From Gemmatimonadales bacterium (GTDB taxonomy: Bacteria; Gemmatimonadota; Gemmatimonadetes; Gemmatimonadales; GWC2-71-9): a DNA stretch of 64,000 nucleotides. Shown here piece by piece: positions 1 to 8,764 of the stretch. A program made the position numbers and the translations under genes. The first letter of the stretch is position 1, and every line of letters begins with the position of its first letter. The notes under the pieces are model-generated. The model ran no database searches. It was not told the DNA's origin and was given only the letters and a program-made list of their open reading frames with translations. The DNA is taken from positions 47,033 through 111,032 of the forward strand of contig DASTSO010000119.1 of the NCBI GenBank assembly GCA_035760645.1, written 5' to 3'.

Positions 1-764
1 TCGACATCCGCCCGCTCCAGGTGCTCATCGAGGTGATGATCGTCGAGGCGCGGCGCGACCGGCAGTTCTCGCTGAGCACCGACCTCTTCGCACCGCTCCA
101 GGAGCCGGCCACGCCGCAGCCGCGCTCCGGCGTGGTCACGAGCACCAGCCTCGGTGACGTCGCCGTCCAGGTGATGAACGTCTCGAAGTACGCCATCGAC
201 GCCACGCTCCACCTGGCGGAATCGAAGGGGGACGTGCAGATCATCTCGCGGCCGGTGCTCCTCGCGATGAACAACCACGAGGCGACGATTCTCGTGGGCT
301 CGCAGCGGCCGTTCATCCAAGTGAGTCGCGCGCTCCCGACCGACAACGCCGCGCGCGACCAGGTCGTGCAGTACCGGGACGTGGGCACCCGGCTCACCGT
401 GCGGCCCACGATCAACCAGGACGGCTACGTCTCGCTCCTCATCCAGCAGGAGATCAACAACGCGACAAGCGAGGTGCAGTTCGACGCGCCCGTGATCTCC
501 ACCCGCGAGACCTCGACCCAGGTGCTCGTGAAGGACAAGCAGACGATCGTGCTCGGCGGTCTCCGCGACCAGCAGAAGGACCGGGTGCGGGCCGGCGTGC
601 CGATCCTCTCGGGGATCCCGCTGATCGGCGGCCTGTTCGGGACGACCAACCGGCGTTCGAGTCAGACGGAGCTCTACCTCTTCCTGACGCCCCGGATCAT
701 CCGCGACGACGCCGAGGCGGACAGCCTGACGACTGAACGCCTGCCGAAGGGGGTAGAACCGTGA
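1..764 (+). CDS. Secretin (GspD/PilQ family) C-terminal part; 5' end lies outside the window
   Basis: Conserved secretin C-domain motifs: VLLAMNNHEATILVGSQRPF, TRLTVRPTINQDGYVSLLIQQEI and SGIPLIGGLFG...ELYLFLTPRII. The reading frame is open to position 1. The stop overlaps the next start (GTGA). Confidence 0.8.
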   Translation, partial: DIRPLQVLIEVMIVEARRDRQFSLSTDLFAPLQEPATPQPRSGVVTSTSLGDVAVQVMNVSKYAIDATLHLAESKGDVQIISRPVLLAMNNHEATILVGSQRPFIQVSRALPTDNAARDQVVQYRDVGTRLTVRPTINQDGYVSLLIQQEINNATSEVQFDAPVISTRETSTQVLVKDKQTIVLGGLRDQQKDRVRAGVPILSGIPLIGGLFGTTNRRSSQTELYLFLTPRIIRDDAEADSLTTERLPKGVEP

Positions 765-1744
765 CCGCCCGTCCGAGCAACCCGGGCACGGTGCTCCAGT
801 TGCCCAGCGCACTCGTGGCTGAGCACGAGATCATCGGCACCTCCCGGGCGACTCGCGCCGTGGTGGAGCTCATGGAGCGGTGCGCCCGGACGCTGCTCCC
901 CGTGCTCATCGTCGGTGCGACCGGCACGGGCAAGGAGCTGGTGGCACGCGGAATTCATCGACTGAGTGGACGACGCGGGGAGTTCGTGGAGGTGGACTGC
1001 GGCGCGTTGCCGAGCACCATGACCGAGGGCCTGCTCTTCGGACACCGCCGTGGCGCCTTTACCGACGCCAGGGAGCACCGGGCGGGCTTCGTCGAAGGGG
1101 CGCACCGCGGCACGCTCTTTCTCGACGAGATCACGAATCTCTCGCTCGGCGGCCAGGGCGCGCTGCTCCGCGTGCTGGAGACCGGGGAAGTCCGACGGCT
1201 TGGCGAGTCCGACAAGCGCCCGGTCGACCTGCGGGTCGTGGCGGCCGCGCAGGACGGTCTGCAGTCCCAACTGACCTCGGGAGCCTTTCGCCGGGACCTG
1301 TTCCACCGGCTCGCCGGCCTGATCATTCACCTGGAGCCCCTTGCGAGACGACCGGACGATGTCCTGCCACTCGCCGACCATTTCGCGCGGCGGTCGGGAA
1401 CTGCCTTGGGCATCGGGGCCGCAGGGGTCCTTCGCAGCCACGCCTGGCCGGGGAATGTCCGAGAGCTGCGCCGGGTCATCGAGCGGGCCAGCATGCTCGC
1501 AGAGGGGAGCGTCCTGGATGGTGTACTCCTCGCGGAGGCGATCCGGCTGGGCAGGCTGAGCGATGCGTCCGGAGAGTCGGTGAAGCGGCAGATGCCCGCC
1601 GAAGATCAGAGATGGGCGGACTTGGTGGCGGTCTGCGAGCGCCACGGCTGGCGGGACGCCGAGCTCATCGCGACGGAGCTTGGGGTCCATCGGACCACTC
1701 TGTTCCGCCTTTTGAGGAAGGCGGGGCTGTCCCTGCGGCGATAG
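761..1744 (+). CDS. Sigma-54-dependent transcriptional activator with no N-terminal sensory domain (PspF/HrpS-like)
   Basis: Walker A GATGTGKE. The GAFTDA loop appears as EGLLFGHRRGAFTDA. RVLETGEVRRLGE matches the sigma-54 interaction domain. A C-terminal Fis-type HTH reads ELIATELGVHRTTLFRLLRKAG. Only the AAA+ and HTH domains are present. Confidence 0.85.
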   Translation: MTARPSNPGTVLQLPSALVAEHEIIGTSRATRAVVELMERCARTLLPVLIVGATGTGKELVARGIHRLSGRRGEFVEVDCGALPSTMTEGLLFGHRRGAFTDAREHRAGFVEGAHRGTLFLDEITNLSLGGQGALLRVLETGEVRRLGESDKRPVDLRVVAAAQDGLQSQLTSGAFRRDLFHRLAGLIIHLEPLARRPDDVLPLADHFARRSGTALGIGAAGVLRSHAWPGNVRELRRVIERASMLAEGSVLDGVLLAEAIRLGRLSDASGESVKRQMPAEDQRWADLVAVCERHGWRDAELIATELGVHRTTLFRLLRKAGLSLRR

Positions 1745-2062
1745 TAGGGCGGTTGTAGATGGTCCTCTCCCCGATCCGGACCATAGCCCTAGCCTGGTTG
1801 CTCCCCCGCCGCGGGAAAGTCAAGAGCAAGACCCCGAGTTGCGCGGGTGAAGGGGCCTGTCCTGACGACGGGACGGTGGGCTGGCACGCAGTGCGTGGTG
1901 AAAGCGTGCCGACGAACGGCGCCGTGACCATGCTGTGCCTCCTAAGCGGAATGGCGAGTCGGAACCCGAAGGCTGTACCGCGCCCGTCCGTTTCGGCGGA
2001 TGTGGACTCAGCGGTCGGGGAATCTCGGGAGAGTCATCGCGCGGGAGGGCGATGAGCGAACT

Positions 2063-2076
2063 TAGGGATTTCCCTA
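2063..2076. promoter_or_regulatory. Perfect 6-2-6 palindrome TAGGGA-tt-TCCCTA in a locally AT-rich intergenic patch; candidate operator
   Basis: Read directly. It lies about 450 bp upstream of the metalloprotease gene and downstream of the sigma-54 activator gene. Confidence 0.3.
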
Positions 2077-2109
2077 GTACCGCGGCAATCGCTCGTTCTC
2101 ATATCTTGC

Positions 2110-2148
2110 AACTGCGGAGTTACTCAACATTACACTGATACCGCAGTT
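2110..2148. promoter_or_regulatory. 8-bp inverted repeat AACTGCGG-N23-CCGCAGTT in an AT-rich spacer; candidate regulator or enhancer-binding site
   Basis: Read directly. The surrounding 2040-2160 is much lower in GC than the rest of the window. Confidence 0.25.
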
Positions 2149-2520
2149 CTAGACCCCTCCATCACATTTCGCGGCTTCTCCGCCCCTTTCTGGCGGCGCT
2201 GACCCGGTGCGCAGCGGCTGGTGCGGAAAGCGCCTACGACGAGCTCGCTGCAGCCGATACGGCCAACACGTCGTCCGACGGGTGGTCGCGACATAGCACC
2301 AACACGATTCGGGGCTTCATCGGACCCCATGAGGGATACTCGAGGTTCGCCGCCGCGCGCTTCTCATCCTGAGGCGGTTGGGGCTCGTACCACAGACACG
2401 TTCTGGATGCACCGATACGAGAGTCAGACGCGGCTGGTGAACGGCGGAAACGGAGCCTCATTGAGATGCCTGTGTGCCTCGGGGGCTCCCCTCTCCATCT
2501 CTCCTCACGGGAGGTCACGC

Positions 2521-4365
2521 ATGCGTGGATGGCAGTCCTTCGGTTTCGTTGCACTCATGGCTGCGGGTGTTGCTTGTTCTGATAACTCGACTGCGCCTTC
2601 GGTCCAGAGTAACCAGCGGGCCATGAGCCCGAAGGTGAGGGAGGTTGGACCCTCTACCCAGGGCGGTGATCTGGAAACACGGCCACGGTTCACCGTGGAT
2701 GTGGAAGTCAGCGGGCACTTTGTGCCCGGCGGTCAGCTGCAGGTGCGACCCCGGATGACCGGATTGGTTGCCACGGCTGATGTTGAATTGCGGGTGACGC
2801 TACCGGAGCTCGAGGTTGCCGCGCGGCCCGACGGCTTCCACGGGGTCATCCCCACTGGGACGCCGCTGCCTGTGAGGGGGCATCGCCGCGCGCCTTTGTC
2901 GGCGGGGGCGAGCGTGGATGCGCCGTTCGCGCTTCGTGTGCCACAGCCCGGGTACTACCGGATTGTGGTGCAGGCGGTCAAACGGTCCGCCGAGCCCGAG
3001 CGCGAAGGCGGTATTTGGTATGAGAGTGGTGCGTCGATAGAGAAGTGGGTGCTTGTTGACACTGCGGGTGGGCGTCTCACGGACCGGTTCGATGCCTCGC
3101 TGCTACCTTCCGGGGCCGCACCCATGGCCGGGCCGTTTCGATCCAAGCGCTCCGGCGCCCTCCTGACCGCCGGGGGCGGTACCGAGGTCGTTCCGCTCCA
3201 GAAGTGCCAAGAGGACTGCATCCCAACCACAACCGTCTGCGTGAACTGGCACGCCGTCTACTACAACGAGGATGTGGGAGGGTACCAGCCGCTGAGCTTT
3301 GCTGCGGTAGAGGGCAGCCGCTACCATAGCGACGGCAGCTTCTTCGGCGCGATCTCGGGCCAGACGGACGCGAACGGCGTAGTGGTACTGTGCGCGACGG
3401 GCTATGACTACTACAGGGCGAACATCGTACTCAAGAATGCCGATGTGATCCAGGGGTCGATCGCGGCCAGCCTCGAGGGCAATGCGTATTGGGGTCCTGA
3501 CGAGACGGTGACAGCGGTGGATCATTACACGCCGCGTGCCTTCGTCGTACTGACCAACACCGCGCAAAAGTCACGCTCGATGCTGGGCTACGGCCGGCCG
3601 CAGACGCGCTTCATCCTGAGCAGTGCCGACTCGAATTCCTACTACAGCCCGTCGGATGACCGAATCGTGCTCAGGACGTCACACGTCTACTATCCCGGCG
3701 TATTCACGATGGCACACGAGTACGGCCATGCACTCCAGGAAAAGGGCCTTGGCGGGAACCCCTACCCGGACTACGGCGGAGCCTGTGGGAAGCCTCACTT
3801 TATGGATGGCGCATACACGCTTGGATGTGCGCTCTCCGAGGGATTTGCGAATTTCCATGCTGCATACGTCCAGGGTGACATCCTGACCTACGGGTTCGGT
3901 AGCGACTACGACATGGAGGACAACCGAGATTACCCAGGCTACTATTACAATGGGTACACGACGCTTGGAGTCGCCACGGACGGATCGCTAATCGAAGGGG
4001 CCGTGGCGGCGTTCCTTTACGATCTCGTCGACGGACCAAGTTCCCCGAACAGCGCGACCAACGGTCCCCGAGGGGTGGACGATGATGGCGTGACGCTGCC
4101 CGGGAGCTACATCGCGACCATCCTGTCCACATGCCAAACCCGGAGCTCGGGGTGGCTCGGATACCACCGAGCAAACGGGATTGACGACATCATTTATTGC
4201 ATGGAGAATCAGATCGATCCGGCCGTCACCGGTTCATCCGTGTACTTCCCGACGCGAGGCTCCGATCCGAACGCATTCACCGAGGGTGCCGCCGAGCCGG
4301 CCGGCTGGAGTGCAGCGGCGGTACGACGGCTTTGGACGCACAACCTCTACGGGGCATCGTGGTGA
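2521..4365 (+). CDS. Secreted zinc metalloprotease (HExxH), lipoprotein-type signal peptide
   Basis: ATG at 2521 is preceded by GGGAGG at -7. Signal peptide MRGWQSFGFVALMAAGVAC. Zincin motif TMAHEYGHALQE. The ORF-track start at 2221 adds a low-complexity Arg/Pro-rich extension and is rejected. Confidence 0.7.
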   Translation: MRGWQSFGFVALMAAGVACSDNSTAPSVQSNQRAMSPKVREVGPSTQGGDLETRPRFTVDVEVSGHFVPGGQLQVRPRMTGLVATADVELRVTLPELEVAARPDGFHGVIPTGTPLPVRGHRRAPLSAGASVDAPFALRVPQPGYYRIVVQAVKRSAEPEREGGIWYESGASIEKWVLVDTAGGRLTDRFDASLLPSGAAPMAGPFRSKRSGALLTAGGGTEVVPLQKCQEDCIPTTTVCVNWHAVYYNEDVGGYQPLSFAAVEGSRYHSDGSFFGAISGQTDANGVVVLCATGYDYYRANIVLKNADVIQGSIAASLEGNAYWGPDETVTAVDHYTPRAFVVLTNTAQKSRSMLGYGRPQTRFILSSADSNSYYSPSDDRIVLRTSHVYYPGVFTMAHEYGHALQEKGLGGNPYPDYGGACGKPHFMDGAYTLGCALSEGFANFHAAYVQGDILTYGFGSDYDMEDNRDYPGYYYNGYTTLGVATDGSLIEGAVAAFLYDLVDGPSSPNSATNGPRGVDDDGVTLPGSYIATILSTCQTRSSGWLGYHRANGIDDIIYCMENQIDPAVTGSSVYFPTRGSDPNAFTEGAAEPAGWSAAAVRRLWTHNLYGASW

Positions 4366-4489
4366 TTGTGGCCTCGGCCCTCCAAGTGTTCGGGGCTAAG
4401 AGGGCCCTGCGGGTCCCAGTCCTCGGGGTGACAAGGGTCCACCAGTCGCATTTCTGAATCCATCGTGGAAGGGTCTCCGGGAGAGTGCC

Positions 4490-4909
4490 ATGTCTCGACT
4501 CGGGTTACATGCAGTTCTGCTGGTTGGCATCGGATTCGGACTGGGTTGCTCGAGCAGCCCTACCAATCAGAGCACAAGCGCAGTGAACGCGTATGTCTTC
4601 GGCACGGTGTTGACCAGTAGCGGAATGCCGGTCGTTGGCGCTACAGTGGCAATCCATGCCGAGATCGATTCTCCGAATGGCCTCCGCCCCTACGCCGCTA
4701 AGACGGCGAGCACGGACGACAAGGGCCGCTATCACATGATTCTCAGTGCTCCGCAGGCTCCCCCTGCCGACGCGCAGCTGACCATTGAGGTGAGCCCTCC
4801 GTCGGGGGCGGCTCTGCAGCCGGTAACAGTTCGGGACCAAGTCGCCCGTTTTCGCGATGCGTTTCCGCCCGCGGATAGTCTCGAAGTGAATGTGACGCTG
4901 ACACCTTGA
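4490..4909 (+). CDS. Small lipoprotein with a carboxypeptidase-regulatory-like beta-sandwich
   Basis: Lipobox GFGLGCSS. VFGTVLTSSGMPVVGATVAIHAE is typical of CarbopepD_reg-like folds. RBS GGGAGAG. Confidence 0.55.
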   Translation: MSRLGLHAVLLVGIGFGLGCSSSPTNQSTSAVNAYVFGTVLTSSGMPVVGATVAIHAEIDSPNGLRPYAAKTASTDDKGRYHMILSAPQAPPADAQLTIEVSPPSGAALQPVTVRDQVARFRDAFPPADSLEVNVTLTP

Positions 4910-5201
4910 CGGTCCGACGCCTTCGGTCTCCTGACAACCAGCGGCTGCTCTGATGGGCATCATGTGGGGGCATCAACTTGCGGCTATCGTAGGGCCGGAC
5001 CGGTACGTATGACTCCTGCATGGCTACCGCATCGGCTCCGCCGGCGCAGCTGGAAGTGCGGCGGCTCCAGGCCATGCGGGACAGCGTGGATCATGTGATC
5101 CACGGCCGTGACGGTGAGATCCGCGAGAACAAGAGTTACGGCCACAACGCGCTGCTGTCGTGCGATCAGCGCTGAGGGAGACGTCAGGTGAGAACTGAAT
5201 G

Positions 5202-5230
5202 GAACCGCCGACCCCATAGGGCGGCGGTTC
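5202..5230. terminator. Strong hairpin GAACCGCCGACCCC-ATA-GGGCGGCGGTTC followed by TGTCTTG; candidate intrinsic terminator
   Basis: Stem of 12 bp with one bulge, followed by a U-rich stretch on the plus strand. It lies 27 bp after an unlisted 48-codon ORF (5029-5175). Confidence 0.4.
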
Positions 5231-5461
5231 TGTCTTGCGACCGGATGGGGGCGCTCCCGGCTACATGTCCGGGCTCTTCGCAAGGACTCGGATTCTGCGC
5301 CCATGGCGTTCGGTCGGTGCATTCCAGCCGCCTCGATCGAGCTGACCGTCTGCTATTCCCGCACGGTGCAACCTGGCGGGCGATAACACCGCGGGGACCT
5401 CGGCATGGCCGACGGGTCCCCGCATCGATCGGCTTGAACTATCTAGGAGACGAAGGCTGGC

Positions 5462-5788
5462 TCACGCCCGGTGAACCTCCCAGGCGAGATGGGTGATGCC
5501 CTTCGTCCGCAGCTTGTCCACCACGAGGACGAACTCATCCCAATCACTCTGGGTGAACACACGAGGGTCGGGCTTTCCCGTGCGGCCCATGCGGAGCCGA
5601 GGCAACAGCCAATCGATCGCGACGACGGTGTAGCCGGTGCCAAGGGTCACTTGGGCCACCTCACTGACGTCCACGAGCCAGAATTCGAGGGCGAAGGGGG
5701 CGAGGCTGTATACCGGGCGCAGCCCGGCCTCGACCGCAACGTCGGCGAGGAGCACCGCATTGAGGGCCAGCGGCGCGAGTTCGCTCAT
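5462..5788 (-). CDS. Hypothetical small protein (108 aa), downstream gene of the coupled pair
   Basis: ATG at 5788 is preceded by GGAGGTGG. The sequence MSELAPLALNAVLLADVAVEAGL...VVAIDWLLPRL is globular-looking. The longer ORF-track N-terminus is an Arg/Pro-rich artefact. Confidence 0.5.
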   Translation of the reverse strand: MSELAPLALNAVLLADVAVEAGLRPVYSLAPFALEFWLVDVSEVAQVTLGTGYTVVAIDWLLPRLRMGRTGKPDPRVFTQSDWDEFVLVVDKLRTKGITHLAWEVHRA

Positions 5789-6069
5789 GGAACCACCTCC
5801 GACTGGCCGAGCCCAGCCGGCGCCCCAGGAGCGGCCGCGCCCTCGAGGCGCTTCAGGAGACCCTGAAGTCCCTGATCGGGATCGGGCCCATGGAGCGCCT
5901 CCTCCAAGCGATTCAGCGCTTCGAGCACCCGGGGGACTGGGTACGGAAAGGAAACGTCCGGGTCGAGCATGAGCTTGATGAGGCAGTAGTGGTGGACCAC
6001 GAACGCGAGGAACTGCGCGTCGCGGCGCGGCAGGACGATGGTGTCGCGAGACCGGGTAGAAGCGGGCAT
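5785..6069 (-). CDS. Hypothetical small protein (94 aa), upstream gene of a two-gene coupled pair
   Basis: Start taken at M31 of the ORF-track entry. The stop TGA overlaps the ATG of the next gene (ATGA). The start is uncertain because no clear SD is present. Confidence 0.4.
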   Translation of the reverse strand: MPASTRSRDTIVLPRRDAQFLAFVVHHYCLIKLMLDPDVSFPYPVPRVLEALNRLEEALHGPDPDQGLQGLLKRLEGAAAPGAPAGLGQSEVVP

Positions 6070-6796
6070 GGAATATGTGTGGGAGGGAAGGGGACCGAGC
6101 GGGGAGGGAGGCGAGCATCGGTCGACCCGCAATACCGGTGGGGCGACCGGGGACATCATGTGAGAGCGCGGGCAGCGGGTGCAAGTGGGCGGGGCGGACT
6201 CAGAGGCGCAATCGCTTGGCTGGACCGACCCTGTTTGGCCAGATGAGTCTGCCCGCCTTCGAGGTGACCCCCAGGCGATCTAGCCGCCGCCGAGGTCGCA
6301 GCCCGCTGCGCGGCGGTGGTGCTTGCTCCCGCATGCGTCAACCGGAGTCCGCGCGAGTACCGTGCCCGGTGGGCGCAGGCGGCGCCGGCCGAATACACCT
6401 TCGGTCAGTTGGATGTCTCGCCCTCCGGGGCGCAATGGAGCTTGGGGGTGGGTACCGCCGGTGGACAGGAGGGGTAAGCGGGAGCATCCCGACGGCCGCG
6501 CTGGGTCCGGTCGTTCGCTGAGGCCTCTCCGTCTTTCTTACGAGAGCCGAGGCCGGTCGATGCCGCGAGCGGGTTTCACCTTGAGGGCTCCGCACCCCCG
6601 GATTTAGGCAATCGAGCCCGCAAAGGTGGCTGAGGCAGCCGTCACCATCCGGATATCGCCCCCGCTTTGAACCCCGGTCTGGCTCCTTGGCGAGCAGCAA
6701 ATCGCCAGTCCGGATTGCCGCGAGGCAAAGGGTGGTGTCAGCCCCGCCTCGTATATTCTCCATCACCCCCCCCACTCTCACCTCCCAGGAGCCCTC

Positions 6797-7351
6797 ATGC
6801 TGCTCAAGGCCGCTGCCTTGAAGGCCGTGGCGCTGTCCGCCATAGCCGCGACTGCGCTGGCTGCTGTTCTTCCCGAGCGCACCGTTATTGTGACGCAGCC
6901 TGGAAGTCCGATTCAGATCACGAAATATCAGGCGCACTACAACGAGGGGAACCGGTTTGTCGCGCGTGGCATCGCGCACATGGTCTCCTACACGAACACC
7001 TCGCCGAAGAAGGTGGTGGCGTTCCGGGTCGGCATCGTGTCGTTCAACGTGTTCGACGAGTTCCTCGGTCGCATGGGTGGCTACGCCACCGAGGATCTCG
7101 TCCCGAACAAGGGCGCCCCGGGTACCTGGACCCAGAACGTCTATGCCGGTTCCTCATTCCACACGGGCATTATGTACGTGGACAAGGTCCGCTTCGAGGA
7201 CGGGACAATGTGGGTCTCCGACAAGGCCCCGGTGCTCGAGGCGATCCGCCAACTCCAGAAGGATTTTGACTCCAAGCTCCTGGAGGAGCGCTTGAACCGC
7301 GAGGTTCCGGGCGGAGAGGCCGCCGGTGGCGCCGCTGCGGCGGGAGACTGA
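6797..7351 (+). CDS. Secreted hypothetical protein (signal peptide)
   Basis: RBS AGGAGCC. Signal peptide MLLKAAALKAVALSAIAATALAAV. Balanced amino-acid composition. Confidence 0.65.
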   Translation: MLLKAAALKAVALSAIAATALAAVLPERTVIVTQPGSPIQITKYQAHYNEGNRFVARGIAHMVSYTNTSPKKVVAFRVGIVSFNVFDEFLGRMGGYATEDLVPNKGAPGTWTQNVYAGSSFHTGIMYVDKVRFEDGTMWVSDKAPVLEAIRQLQKDFDSKLLEERLNREVPGGEAAGGAAAAGD

Positions 7352-7373
7352 CCGAGACCGCTTGAGTCGCTGT

Positions 7374-7420
7374 GTGCCGACGTCGGGGCTCTCTCGGGAG
7401 CCCCGACGTCGGCGCACAGT
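7374..7420. terminator. Bidirectional intrinsic terminator between convergent genes
   Basis: Stem GTGCCGACGTCGGGGCTC with its complement GAGCCCCGACGTCGGCGCAC, followed by AGTTCTACTT. Confidence 0.5.
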
Positions 7421-7477
7421 TCTACTTGCAGTGCCACGGGCGCCGGTTGATGGCAGCCTGGACGGCGTCGCACTGGG

Positions 7478-8188
7478 TTAGGGGTCCACCCCGGGCCGGG
7501 CAAGCAGGCTGTCGACCGGATAGTCCCAGACATAACCGCCGCCATGCACCGCGATATGCGTGATTCCGACCGCCCTGGCCGCCGTCGGAGTGAACGCGCT
7601 CCGGTTCCAGCCCTGCACCGACGCGTCACCGAGTTCGGCCTGGACGAAACTGCCACGCGCGTGACGCTCGGCGGATTCGAGGTCGGCAGCGTACCGGGTC
7701 GTGATGTCGAGCCGACGGGCGAGCGTGTCGCGCACGTAGACCACGTTCGCGCTGCCCCATTGGCGGTAGACCTGCGCGACCTGACGGGCGAAGGCGATCC
7801 GGCGCTGAATCCCACGGCTCGCCTCGTCGCTCACGGGTTGCCACAGAGTCCCCGCCGCATCACGAATCGCAATGTCCCACCGATGGCCGCCCCCCGGCCA
7901 CTGGATCTGGAGCTCCGTGAAGCCCCGCCGCTGCAGCTCCGGAATGGTGGTGAGCCCCTTCGGCTCGAGGTTGCCCGCGATCATCGCTGGCCGCACGCTG
8001 TCCAGGGGCCCGGTCGAGCCGTCCACTCCCGGCCCCTCCGGGCCGATGTCGAGTACGAGGCGCGTTACCTCCGCTCCGACCGCCCCCAGACGCCACGGCA
8101 TCCCGAGTTCCGCTGCCGCTTGTGCTCGCTTCATGAGGTAGTCGGCACGGCGCCGCCCCATCACTGTCTGAGCGCGGTGTCGTGCCAC
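7478..8188 (-). CDS. Hypothetical protein, probably a lipoprotein whose true N-terminus extends to about 8340
   Basis: The same frame upstream of the GTG at 8188 encodes ...IAAGALLVTTATLVTACGPSSESQQ, a lipobox followed by a linker. No ATG, GTG or TTG precedes it before the in-frame stop. Confidence 0.55.
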   Translation of the reverse strand: MARHRAQTVMGRRRADYLMKRAQAAAELGMPWRLGAVGAEVTRLVLDIGPEGPGVDGSTGPLDSVRPAMIAGNLEPKGLTTIPELQRRGFTELQIQWPGGGHRWDIAIRDAAGTLWQPVSDEASRGIQRRIAFARQVAQVYRQWGSANVVYVRDTLARRLDITTRYAADLESAERHARGSFVQAELGDASVQGWNRSAFTPTAARAVGITHIAVHGGGYVWDYPVDSLLARPGVDP

Positions 8189-8764
8189 GTCGGGCGGATA
8201 AATGAGGCTGTCGGCAGAGGGTAGCGCCGCAGGGCTTGAGGCGCCTGTCGGGGACCGCGCGGGCCGCTGCTGCGATTCGGAGCTAGGACCACAGGCCGTG
8301 ACGAGTGTGGCCGTCGTAACGAGGAGGGCCCCTGCGGCAATCGTCGGTAGCGGGGTAATCGACCGACACTTGGCCTCGAGCGGTATCTACATGTCGAGCG
8401 TCTCCTGGTTGGCAGCCGTCTGGTCGACGGCTGTCTATTGACGCATGGGGAGGCACGCCAGGCGGGGCACGTATAGGCAGGAAGGCGGCTGGCCCCGAGC
8501 GTCTTGGTGCTGGTCCGTTGCGGGGGCGCAGTGAGCGCGAGATGGTGGTGTGTGCCCAGCACGTGCCGGACCTCGCACGCGAGGTACTCCGCTCGACTAG
8601 CGTTGCTGGGCCACGTCCGAGCCCATAAAGCATTCCGTCACCGGCGCGGTGCTCGACGATGCAGGTGGTCCTACGAGCTCACTGGGAGGACGGGTTGCCT
8701 GCGTGCCTCATCAACTCCACTGCCCCCCGTCGGGGACACTCCGCGAACCGGGTGCATAACGGCG

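Noticed and set aside
1870-1900. TGGCACGCAGTGCGTGG as a sigma-54 -24/-12 promoter
   Set aside because: It has the GG element but no properly spaced TTGC(A/T) -12 element.
2221-2520. ORF-track N-terminal extension of the metalloprotease
   Set aside because: Low-complexity Arg/Pro/Thr-rich sequence. A strong GGGAGG plus a signal peptide at 2521 give a far better start.
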